Origin: a virus | Lineage: Duplodnaviria; Caudoviricetes | DNA length: 45,983 nt | Reading direction: 5' to 3' (one strand) | Virus record (IMG/VR): IMGVR_UViG_3300017902_000440 | Location: 1-45,983 of that record | Shown here: piece after piece, positions 36,712 to 44,276 of the stretch | Position numbering within the stretch: position 1 is the stretch's first letter | Layout of the letters: every line of letters starts with the position of its first letter | Made by a program: the position numbers and the translations under genes | Notes under the pieces: generated by a model | The model's database searches: none | The model's input: the letters and a program-made list of their open reading frames with translations, nothing else | Told to the model about the DNA's origin: nothing

Positions 36712-37648
36712 GATATTTTTGATCGGTGGATGTTCATACACCGCACAAGATGATCCAAAAAGATACTCATGGGCTCGGCAGTTCGCTGATTCCATGCGTG
36801 TCGGCGGGACAGTAATCAACACCGCCCAGATGGCATCTGGTAATCAAATCATTTTTGATCGACTCGCTTGTGAGTTATCACGCCAAGAAGTTCTGGACAA
36901 TAATCCAGTTGTGCTTGTTATGTGGTCATCGCCACTACGCAAAGAGTTTCTGCTCGATAGTGAGAACGCTGACTGGCGACAGGTATACCGTGACAGGTAT
37001 AAGGGTTTTAGTAATTACATTCGCACCAGAGTAGAAGGTGGCGACATGTCAGAATTGAAACATGCCATGTCCAATTGGTTGCTAGTTGGTGGTGGTTATG
37101 GTGTGTGGGATTATGGTATCGCCTCACTGGACGCAAGAATCAAATCATACTTTGATGGCGTCTACAGTATACCACAGTGCTATGTGGATACATGTCGTGC
37201 CATAGTTGGACTACAGACATTATGTAAGTCTCTGAACGTGCCACTGGTCAATATGTGTTGGATGAACATCTTTCACGATCTACATGCGTGGGAAGGATAC
37301 GATCACAATAAAACCAGTATCAATGCCACTGCTGGTTGGTTGGGACGCAGATTGTGGCATAATTTTACAGGGACAGAATACCAGTTGCCCGACAGCATGG
37401 AATCTGAATATATAAACAAGGCAATAGAGAAAAAATACCCAGACTGTAAACATTGGGTCGATATGATTGATTGGGACACATGGTTATTTTATGAGAACGA
37501 TAAAGTCAGGAAGGGCGGACTAGGTGAGTTCTCATATTTTGAATGTGAGACAGAGGCAAAAGATATGTGGGAGCATCCATCCACAGAAGTTCAAAAGAAT
37601 TGGATGAAATATGTAAAAGACAATCTCAAGGAGCGAGGACTACTATGA
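36695..37648 (+). CDS. SGNH/GDSL-like protein
   Basis: LIGGCSYT, NTA..ASGN, VMWS...R.E, HPS. Confidence 0.65.
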   Translation: MAVNDKIFLIGGCSYTAQDDPKRYSWARQFADSMRVGGTVINTAQMASGNQIIFDRLACELSRQEVLDNNPVVLVMWSSPLRKEFLLDSENADWRQVYRDRYKGFSNYIRTRVEGGDMSELKHAMSNWLLVGGGYGVWDYGIASLDARIKSYFDGVYSIPQCYVDTCRAIVGLQTLCKSLNVPLVNMCWMNIFHDLHAWEGYDHNKTSINATAGWLGRRLWHNFTGTEYQLPDSMESEYINKAIEKKYPDCKHWVDMIDWDTWLFYENDKVRKGGLGEFSYFECETEAKDMWEHPSTEVQKNWMKYVKDNLKERGLL

Positions 37649-37803
37649 CCGCTGGACAGTTATGGTTTATGATCTATATAATCTCAATACCATTCATTTT
37701 ACTGTTTGGTGGGATGTATGGTGACTACAAGGCTGGTGAGCGATACATGATTTTCTGGAAGAAAAAAGAGAAGGGTGTAAACTCAGGAGCGAAATTCGGA
37801 TGA
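37645..37803 (+). CDS. small single-TM protein
   Basis: GAGG RBS, ATGA coupling, hydrophobic N-terminal half. Confidence 0.6.
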   Translation: MTAGQLWFMIYIISIPFILLFGGMYGDYKAGERYMIFWKKKEKGVNSGAKFG

Positions 37804-37907
37804 AGGATTTTTATCAGATGGTATTAGGGCCCAAGTTGGAGTTGCGACTTGGGGTATTTTTGTTGTATATGTTTTTTGTATTTTTCGCAGGGGCAATTTA
37901 TGGCTGA
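37800..37907 (+). CDS. 35-aa single-TM protein
   Basis: ATGA coupling; MKDFYQMVLGPKLELRLGVFLLYMFFVFFAGAIYG. Confidence 0.55.
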   Translation: MKDFYQMVLGPKLELRLGVFLLYMFFVFFAGAIYG

Positions 37908-38154
37908 CGAACAGGAAGGGATATCACTCAAATACAGTTATCTCATAGAAACGGGGCAGAAGATTTGGGACGCTGCCAAGACGGCAACGCAAGGGTGTCC
38001 AGGCTGGTATGACATCGAACCAGAACGTGCAGTGTATTATGGTTGGTTGTCAGAACAGGAAGACAAGAACAAACCATTGAAAACGTATGAGGAGTGGCTC
38101 GAGGATCAACCGAAAGATTGGTTGACGGGTGCGCCACGGAACCATATCATATGA
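37900..38154 (+). CDS. hypothetical protein
   Basis: ATG 37900, coupled to both neighbours. Confidence 0.65.
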   Translation: MADEQEGISLKYSYLIETGQKIWDAAKTATQGCPGWYDIEPERAVYYGWLSEQEDKNKPLKTYEEWLEDQPKDWLTGAPRNHII

Positions 38155-38555
38155 AATACTTAATTTTGATGGCAGTTCTACTCACGGGGTGCGGAGAGAA
38201 TGATCCAGGCCTCGCCAAGAATATGGAGTTGACAAAGAAACAAAGGGCGAAGATTGAAGAAAGAATCACGCCGTTTGGTTGGGTCAACGTGGAAGGTGTG
38301 AGTGATCTTGTCGCCGAGGTAGCACTGGCAGGCGAAACACTATATGCCGCTTGTGGTGCGTGTCACGGTGCTAACGGTGGTGGTGGAGTTGGGCCGAAAC
38401 TGAAAGGACAAACCGCCGAGTATATTGTGGGCAGACTGAACCAGTATCGAAACGGTGAGAAAGTTGGATCACAAAGCAATATGATGTGGGGTCAGGCGGC
38501 AGGATTGTCTGACACAGATATAAACGATTTGGCGGAATACATTGTGACGCTATAG
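38151..38555 (+). CDS. lipoprotein c-type cytochrome (class I, c553/c4-like)
   Basis: LLTG-C lipobox; CGACHG haem motif; GPKL.GQ..EYI..RL..YR.G; distal Met in MMWGQA; LSD.DI..LA.YI. Confidence 0.9.
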   Translation: MKYLILMAVLLTGCGENDPGLAKNMELTKKQRAKIEERITPFGWVNVEGVSDLVAEVALAGETLYAACGACHGANGGGGVGPKLKGQTAEYIVGRLNQYRNGEKVGSQSNMMWGQAAGLSDTDINDLAEYIVTL

Positions 38556-38572
38556 AGTAACCGAATTTTGAA

Positions 38573-39577
38573 ATGAAACTGATACTTGACAGATCGCCGA
38601 TAATCTACATACATGCAGAGTTGGAATCAAACGCCTATCTGAATACGGATAAACTAGAGCAGATACTCGCCACTCACAATAACATTGAGGAGTGTGTGAT
38701 CTACAATCTCAAGGAAGAAATTGTATGGCGTATCAATTCTGATATCTTCAGGCAGTATTCACATATCCATTTTCGCATCGAAGATAACATGTTCCGTGAT
38801 CTTGATCCTCTAGGTCATGCACTGCCAGATAACGTAGTCCACTTCAAGCACCCATTTTATTTTCTCTATCACACCATGACGCATGGGCTGGAATACGATG
38901 CCAATATCGGCATAGAAGATACCAGTTTTTGTTTTCTCAATAACGTGCCCCGCCCATACAGAGTCAAACTATGGGATAAACTCACAGAGGATAATCTGCT
39001 CAACGAGTATTGCTCATTTTTAACCCGTAGGGTGTTCACTGACACGGAGTGCTTACGCTCAGAATGGTTCGCAAAGGGCCACCATATATCCATGAATCCG
39101 CCACAGTTCTACGACAAAGTAGGCGCCGATGTGTTTGTAGAGACCGAGACAGACACGCTCAGGTATACGGAAAAGACATGGAAACCCCTATTTCACGAGA
39201 AGATTTGTCTAGGATTCGGAGGTGCTGGATACTATACTGAGCTGAGTGGATTGGGATTTGAGTTGCACAAAGATTTCATAGACTACAGTTTTGACACAAT
39301 CGCTGATTCGGATGAGCGGTTTGAGGCGTATTATGAACAGGTGAAAAGAGTCATTTCATATCCGCTCGGTGAGTTATTGAACGCAACCGAACAACAGCGA
39401 GAGCATAACAGAAGGAATTGTCTGCAAATACTGTTAGAGATAGCGACAGTTCCTAACATTCCAACCGTAGAACCAGAAGTATTTTTCAATTTATGTAAGA
39501 CACAGGCGTGGGAAATACTTAATCTAGGTGATACACTAACCGAAAAGGAGCGAGAAGAACAATGGTATTCCGACTAA
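38573..39577 (+). CDS. glycosyltransferase-like protein, TEKTWKP paralogue 2
   Basis: LN..PRPYR, DVFVET....YTEKTWKP, L..LGF, IDYSFD, HN. Confidence 0.6.
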   Translation: MKLILDRSPIIYIHAELESNAYLNTDKLEQILATHNNIEECVIYNLKEEIVWRINSDIFRQYSHIHFRIEDNMFRDLDPLGHALPDNVVHFKHPFYFLYHTMTHGLEYDANIGIEDTSFCFLNNVPRPYRVKLWDKLTEDNLLNEYCSFLTRRVFTDTECLRSEWFAKGHHISMNPPQFYDKVGADVFVETETDTLRYTEKTWKPLFHEKICLGFGGAGYYTELSGLGFELHKDFIDYSFDTIADSDERFEAYYEQVKRVISYPLGELLNATEQQREHNRRNCLQILLEIATVPNIPTVEPEVFFNLCKTQAWEILNLGDTLTEKEREEQWYSD

Positions 39578-39789
39578 TTGAATTAACAATAGCAACAATT
39601 ATTTTGATTATGCTAACAGGATGTGAGAGTTTATCGTGGGAAGGGTTCAACAAAGAACAAACGTATGACCCATATGAAGGCATGGTGCTAGTCTGTGAGG
39701 GAACATCAAGGGAAAATGCAGACTGTGAGTATGTTGATCAGGAAGAAATGCAAAGAGTTTTTGATCAACTTAGAGGTATAAGACTATGA
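39562..39789 (+). CDS. small lipoprotein
   Basis: MLTG-C lipobox; additional Cys pair. Confidence 0.7.
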   Translation: MVFRLIELTIATIILIMLTGCESLSWEGFNKEQTYDPYEGMVLVCEGTSRENADCEYVDQEEMQRVFDQLRGIRL

Positions 39790-39890
39790 TAGAAACGATG
39801 AAGGATTTAGCATTTCTACTGATCATCTTTATGTGGCTGGGGGGATTGAATGTCGCTATGTATTATTCTGTAAGGGAGATATTTAGATGA
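39786..39890 (+). CDS. 34-aa single-TM protein
   Basis: GAGG RBS, ATGA coupling; MIETMKDLAFLLIIFMWLGGLNVAMYYSVREIFR. Confidence 0.55.
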   Translation: MIETMKDLAFLLIIFMWLGGLNVAMYYSVREIFR

Positions 39891-39973
39891 ACGATTGGGA
39901 CGCTGAGTTTATCTATCTTGGGTTGATGCTCTTTATGATATATGCGCTATATTCAAACTACGTTTCGGGGTAG
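39887..39973 (+). CDS. 28-aa single-TM protein
   Basis: GGGAG RBS, ATGA coupling; MNDWDAEFIYLGLMLFMIYALYSNYVSG. Confidence 0.55.
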   Translation: MNDWDAEFIYLGLMLFMIYALYSNYVSG

Positions 39974-40065
39974 TTCTATACTTGGTCTGCCGAGTGGGGA
40001 ATAGTGGGAAAACGTGGATATCCAAATCCGCAGGCGTGCTGCTCCGAGTCGCTCGCTGCTCTCTC

Positions 40066-40094
40066 AGCTTACCACAGTGGCTCGCAGTTGTCAA
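40066..40094 (-). promoter_or_regulatory. divergent (antisense) sigma70-like promoter
   Basis: Minus strand reads TTGACA-ACTGCGAGCCACTGTGG(17 nt)-TAAGCT with an extended -10 TG. Confidence 0.6.
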
Positions 40095-40139
40095 GCCCCA
40101 AAAATAGCGCAAAAAAGCGAAAATAATTGCAAAAAACCC

Positions 40140-40168
40140 TTGACAATTGCTTTGGGGCTTGGTATAAT
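40140..40168 (+). promoter_or_regulatory. consensus sigma70 early promoter with A-tract UP element
   Basis: TTGACA-17 nt-TATAAT, TG extension, phased A-tracts upstream. Confidence 0.9.
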
Positions 40169-40198
40169 TGTTTTGTAACGTTTTGAGAGAGAACCAAT

Positions 40199-40510
40199 AT
40201 GAATTTAGAACCCCTATTTGAGGCCATCGTGAAAGACTTTGCTCGTTTTGACAGAACTGAGGAGAGAGTGGCCGAATTTGCCGACAGTCTCGCAGTCGAG
40301 GAAGGTCGGAAATACCTTAAAGTCATCAAGAAACTAGGCAGCCAGACTATGGTTTGGGGTTTCGTCCAGAAAGAGGATGATAAGAAGTTTCGTGCTGGTG
40401 ACATTCTGAAGGCTGCTGGGTGGGCCGCTCCTGCTAGGAACAAGGCCCGTGGAAACGTAATTGAAGGCGATCTGAGTTGGGTTCGCTGGACTGGGCCGGA
40501 GTATCTATAA
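40199..40510 (+). CDS. conserved T4-like early hypothetical protein
   Basis: GRKY.KV, VWGFV...D.KF..GDILKAAGW.APARN.ARGN, WTGP.YL. Confidence 0.85.
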   Translation: MNLEPLFEAIVKDFARFDRTEERVAEFADSLAVEEGRKYLKVIKKLGSQTMVWGFVQKEDDKKFRAGDILKAAGWAAPARNKARGNVIEGDLSWVRWTGPEYL

Positions 40511-40764
40511 TGAATAATGTTTGTGGTTCTTTTATTGAGAAGGATGTCAAGGGACGGCACTTCTATCGTGCCAACACTGAGTTGGACGAAATGACCGACT
40601 CTTGGCGGTTCCCCCATATATTGATCACTAATGATGGCTTTCGATATGCCAACATTAAAAAGACTGTGGCTGAGATCGCAGTGGATGAGGATGAGTATGG
40701 CCAACCCGTAGTGGAGAAGTGGCAAATATACAGTCATCGTTTTGAGATTGCTTATAGGGGATAG
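40510..40764 (+). CDS. conserved phage hypothetical protein
   Basis: G.F.EK..G..F, FPH.I, RYA..KKTVA.I.VDEDE.G.P..EKW. Confidence 0.8.
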   Translation: MNNVCGSFIEKDVKGRHFYRANTELDEMTDSWRFPHILITNDGFRYANIKKTVAEIAVDEDEYGQPVVEKWQIYSHRFEIAYRG

Positions 40765-40773
40765 TTTTTACCC

Positions 40774-40802
40774 TTGACACCAGCCCCTAGTTGGGGTATA
40801 AT
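40774..40802 (+). promoter_or_regulatory. consensus sigma70 promoter
   Basis: TTGACA-17 nt-TATAAT; 5' leader has a GGTAGGT/ACCTACC stem. Confidence 0.9.
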
Positions 40803-40867
40803 AGTATCTGATGGGTAAAGGTAGGTATGGCCCTTTTCACCTACCAATTTATATAGGAATGTAAAAC

Positions 40868-41113
40868 ATGACTAGTAAACGTGAGAAAATCCTCGCCGCT
40901 CTTCAAGCGGGAGAGGAACTGACCGCAAAGCAGATGGCAAAGCGCTTCGGCGTAGGTGATGCTGTGCGTGAAGTAAACCGACTCCGCCACGAGGGTTATG
41001 CTATCTATCTGAATAGCTATAAGACTCCTCGCCGAGTCACAAAGAAGTTTCGTCTGGGCACCCCCACACGAGCAGTGGTAGCCGCTGGTTATCAGGCCCT
41101 GTCCGCTGCCTAA
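40868..41113 (+). CDS. winged helix-turn-helix DNA-binding protein
   Basis: KIL.AL..GE.LTA.Q...RFG......V..LR.EGY.IY.N......KFRLG. Confidence 0.8.
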   Translation: MTSKREKILAALQAGEELTAKQMAKRFGVGDAVREVNRLRHEGYAIYLNSYKTPRRVTKKFRLGTPTRAVVAAGYQALSAA

Positions 41114-41133
41114 TCTGGTAGTCGAGTAGACAG

Positions 41134-41222
41134 GAAGACGGCCCTTGATGGCCGTTCGCCGAGAGCCGGGCCTATGCTTTTGGGCCTGGCTCTTGGCCCT
41201 TACAAGGGCATCTGGCATCCCC
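41134..41222 (+). ncRNA. candidate structured RNA element (multi-hairpin)
   Basis: ACGGCC/GGCCGT stem; uninterrupted 17-bp helix 41158-41197 with 3 G-U pairs; GCCCT/AGGGC stem; no U tract. Confidence 0.5.
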
Positions 41223-41287
41223 ATACATATATGTGTTGAAAGCGTTTTCAGAATTTTTTGCCCAGAAATTTTTTTGCCGAGGTATTT

Positions 41288-41488
41288 GTGTCGCACAGGG
41301 TTCGCATAGTTTTTCACAATTGGAAGGATATGTCAAAGGAGTATACTGTCGAGGGCGTTATAGTGCCATACAGTAAGAACCCAGCGTCAGAACGCCTCGT
41401 AATCAAATCAGATGATGATCAGTATATGGACATCATCAAAGAGACCATCATAAGCATTACGCATCTCAGCAATGAGTCTAAGACCTAA
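41288..41488 (+). CDS. hypothetical small beta-rich protein
   Basis: GAGGT RBS then GTG at 41288. Confidence 0.6.
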   Translation: MSHRVRIVFHNWKDMSKEYTVEGVIVPYSKNPASERLVIKSDDDQYMDIIKETIISITHLSNESKT

Positions 41489-41682
41489 TGTAGATGGGGT
41501 GGGAGTTCCTACTACCTAAACAAAGAGGAACGTAATGGATTCTGTGTGGCCAGATGAAATTATTACACACAATAGTCACCACTAAGGCCTCGCCCGTTGG
41601 GAATCACTTAGTGACACATAAGGAGATATGGGGAGCTGACGAGCGAAACCTAGACGGGTGATCAATGCACAGGAGAGATGTG

Positions 41683-41991
41683 ATGACGAAAGAAGAACAA
41701 GAACGTTTTGCCTTAGAGGAGATTCAGAATAGCAAAAGAATCTTCAAGTCTGCTACTCCCAAATATACACTGGATTGGTATGTTAAGTGGGCGGCATCTA
41801 TTCTCATTCTCATCTCACTGGCAATGCGTTCAGCAGGGCCTGAGTATCGTATCTATGATCTAGCATTCGGTGTGGTTGGTATTGCACTGTGGTTATGGGT
41901 GTCTATGTTATGGAAGGATAGGGCATTGATTCTTCTAAATGGTGTTTCACTGTTTATGTTAATGACCGCTCTTTTCAAGGACATGTTATGA
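41683..41991 (+). CDS. three-TM membrane protein (resembles DUF6552)
   Basis: WYVKW.AS, YDL....G..LW.WV..LW.DRALI.LN. Confidence 0.75.
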   Translation: MTKEEQERFALEEIQNSKRIFKSATPKYTLDWYVKWAASILILISLAMRSAGPEYRIYDLAFGVVGIALWLWVSMLWKDRALILLNGVSLFMLMTALFKDML

Positions 41992-43223
41992 GTTTTCCGC
42001 CCGATCATGTCATAGATCACGAATTTCAAAATATGAAAGTCGTAACCAAATCTGGACACGGCACATTGTTTGCGGGCAAGATGAAAGAACACACTCATTA
42101 TGAACAGACTGAAAGAGAAGAACTCTTAGAAGATATCGCCAGCGGTAGTCTGAGTGATAAAGATGTCACCTTTTACAATGTGGGTGAGTGTGAGTTGTCA
42201 TGGGATACAGACTACTATGAGCTCGGTAAACAGGTGAAGTCTTGGACTGAGATCAATGGTATGGTCTCTGAACATGCCGCCATCTTCGATCCCAACAAAC
42301 CCGTCCCAGAGAGACCCTACAATGCCGCTGCGAGATTCATCCCCAAACTGGACAATGTGAAAATCATTTCCTACCCGTGGATATGGCTTCTGGATCAGAT
42401 CACCACTCATGCAGGGGTTCTCAGATACCCTTCGCCAGGCATCAAACAAAACCTGTCGGTATTTCAAGATATAAAAGAAAATGAAAGACCCTTCGGGGAT
42501 GATGGGTTTGGCAGACATGTCAAATTGCCTTCTCGTTTGTTTACTAGCATGATGCGTAGACCAAAACCCCACCGCACTATGATGTGGGATTTATTGAACA
42601 ATGCCGGATTGATTGGATCGGAACCCTACGGGCCCGACAGCGTTTGCACTAACGTGGCAGTTGAAGGTTACCAGATAGACCTACCCCATGGCGAAATCGT
42701 TTGGACAAAGGATCAGCATACTTTCCCGAAATGGTATTTTGATTGTGCCATAGACGTTGTGACCGAATCCGTAACGGACAATCTATTCTATACCGAAAAA
42801 ACGTGGAAACCTTTACTGGGCATGAGAATACCTTTGTATCTGTCAGGTAAGGCACACTATACGAAACTGACCGAAATGGGATTCATGTTTCCCGATTGGT
42901 TGCAGTGGGATACGTTTGATCACATGGAGACCGATTACTTGCGATGTAAACGAATCGTGGAGATACTACTTGAACTCAAGGATCAGGATTGGCAGTCACT
43001 CTTTAATCAGTGCTGGGGCACCAGAGTCCACAATCAGGCGAACTGCTTGAACTTGATAATTGACGGATCAATACCCCAGATACCAGAAGAAGTGGCTTCA
43101 GATGATTATGTTGCGATCTATGAAGTGGCGAAAGAAACTGCCGAAAAGTGTTGGAGACATCTCAAAAGCAATGACAATTACTCTCAAACCGCTCTCAAAG
43201 TGCAAAAAAAGTTAAGTGATTGA
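41988..43223 (+). CDS. glycosyltransferase-like protein, TEKTWKP paralogue 3
   Basis: MRRPKPHR, DVVTES....FYTEKTWKP, L.EMGF, FD, HN. Confidence 0.6.
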   Translation: MSFPPDHVIDHEFQNMKVVTKSGHGTLFAGKMKEHTHYEQTEREELLEDIASGSLSDKDVTFYNVGECELSWDTDYYELGKQVKSWTEINGMVSEHAAIFDPNKPVPERPYNAAARFIPKLDNVKIISYPWIWLLDQITTHAGVLRYPSPGIKQNLSVFQDIKENERPFGDDGFGRHVKLPSRLFTSMMRRPKPHRTMMWDLLNNAGLIGSEPYGPDSVCTNVAVEGYQIDLPHGEIVWTKDQHTFPKWYFDCAIDVVTESVTDNLFYTEKTWKPLLGMRIPLYLSGKAHYTKLTEMGFMFPDWLQWDTFDHMETDYLRCKRIVEILLELKDQDWQSLFNQCWGTRVHNQANCLNLIIDGSIPQIPEEVASDDYVAIYEVAKETAEKCWRHLKSNDNYSQTALKVQKKLSD

Positions 43224-43312
43224 TTTATAAGGGAATTTAAATATCGTTACAAATCAATGGCTTACAATTTTTTTCAATTTTTTTTGCTTTATCCTTATTT
43301 TTCAATGACTTA
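43213..43312. repeat. inverted repeat, copy B of promoter-linked cassette (three half-sites)
   Basis: TAAGTGATTGATTT (43213-43226), AAATCAATGGCTTA (43251-43264), TTTTCAATGACTTA (43299-43312). Confidence 0.8.
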
Positions 43313-43328
43313 CGATGGCGGATTTTTG

Positions 43329-43357
43329 TTGACATTTGCTTCAACAGCTGTCATAAT
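43329..43357 (+). promoter_or_regulatory. sigma70 early promoter
   Basis: TTGACA-17 nt-CATAAT; shares TTGACATTTGCTTCAA with the promoter at 32818. Confidence 0.85.
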
Positions 43358-43389
43358 AGTCTTGTAAATTAATGAGAGAGGAAAAAAAC

Positions 43390-43776
43390 ATGGCTTACGT
43401 TTCACAATCACTGAAAAAAGAACTTGCTCCCGCTATCAAGGCGGTCTTGAAAAAATACAAGATGAAAGGTTCTATCGCTGTCGATAATCATTCGACTTTG
43501 GTAGTCAATCTGAAGTCTGGTGCTATCGACTTCCAAAAAGACTTTCAGACTGAGTGTTCTACCACTGGTAAGTATCACTATCAGGTCAACCCGTATTGGT
43601 TCCAAGAACATTACACGGGTGCTGCAAAGTCTTTTCTGACTGAGTTGCTTGCTGCGATGAAACCCGCTGACAAGTGGTTCGATAATTCTGATCCGATGAC
43701 GGATTACTTTCACACTGCCTACTATGTTGATGTCAACATTGGTAAGTGGAACCAAGAATATGAGGTGGCTGCTTAA
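43390..43776 (+). CDS. conserved phage early hypothetical protein
   Basis: MAYVSQ..KK.LAP.IKAVLKKY..KGSI, QVN.YW, D.SD.MTDYF..AYY...NIGKW. Confidence 0.85.
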   Translation: MAYVSQSLKKELAPAIKAVLKKYKMKGSIAVDNHSTLVVNLKSGAIDFQKDFQTECSTTGKYHYQVNPYWFQEHYTGAAKSFLTELLAAMKPADKWFDNSDPMTDYFHTAYYVDVNIGKWNQEYEVAA

Positions 43777-43973
43777 TGATTAGGTTTGTTATTGGTTTGT
43801 TTATTCTTCTCGGTGCTGTTGGCCGAGAAGATTTTTACGTTGAGTGTGTGCAGGCTGCCGACTGTGTGGCTGATGCTCCTAACTTCGGTGTTAGTTTGAT
43901 GCTCGCTGTGCTTGGTCTCGCCTTCATGGCGTGGGCCTTGCCTGCTATCAACTCGCAATTTGATGAGGAATAA
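43776..43973 (+). CDS. two-TM small membrane protein
   Basis: Two hydrophobic helices flanking a Cys-pair loop. Confidence 0.7.
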   Translation: MIRFVIGLFILLGAVGREDFYVECVQAADCVADAPNFGVSLMLAVLGLAFMAWALPAINSQFDEE

Positions 43974-43979
43974 GTATAT

Positions 43980-44267
43980 ATGAGTAGACCCGATATGATA
44001 TGGTGGGATTCAGAATCCAACCTTGGCCGAGGATGGAAATCAGAGTATGCCTCTGAGGAACAGAACCTTGGGCCAGAAAACAAAATGCCTTTGCCCTGTG
44101 AGGGATGTGATCAAGCTGATTACTGTCTCACTAACTCCACTGACTGTCAGGCCTTTCGTGAGTGGACGGACAAGGGTTACTACGGTGTGTTTGCCAAAGA
44201 TGGCAACTTCACTGGTATCGACAAAAAAGGCCGTAACTTGGTTGGCTTTCGGTTGAAGGCCATATAG
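43980..44267 (+). CDS. Cys-cluster hypothetical protein
   Basis: PCEGC....YC......C.AF..W. Confidence 0.7.
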   Translation: MSRPDMIWWDSESNLGRGWKSEYASEEQNLGPENKMPLPCEGCDQADYCLTNSTDCQAFREWTDKGYYGVFAKDGNFTGIDKKGRNLVGFRLKAI

Positions 44268-44276
44268 GAGGGCGCC

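Noticed and set aside
39956-39976. AACTAC/GTAGTT hairpin as a terminator
   Set aside because: Weak 6-bp stem inside a small ORF, with no convincing U tract on either strand
41636-41660. CTGACGAGCGAAAC resembles a hammerhead ribozyme core
   Set aside because: There is no room for a stem II loop, the would-be cleavage triplet is GUG (not NUH), and I could not form stem I
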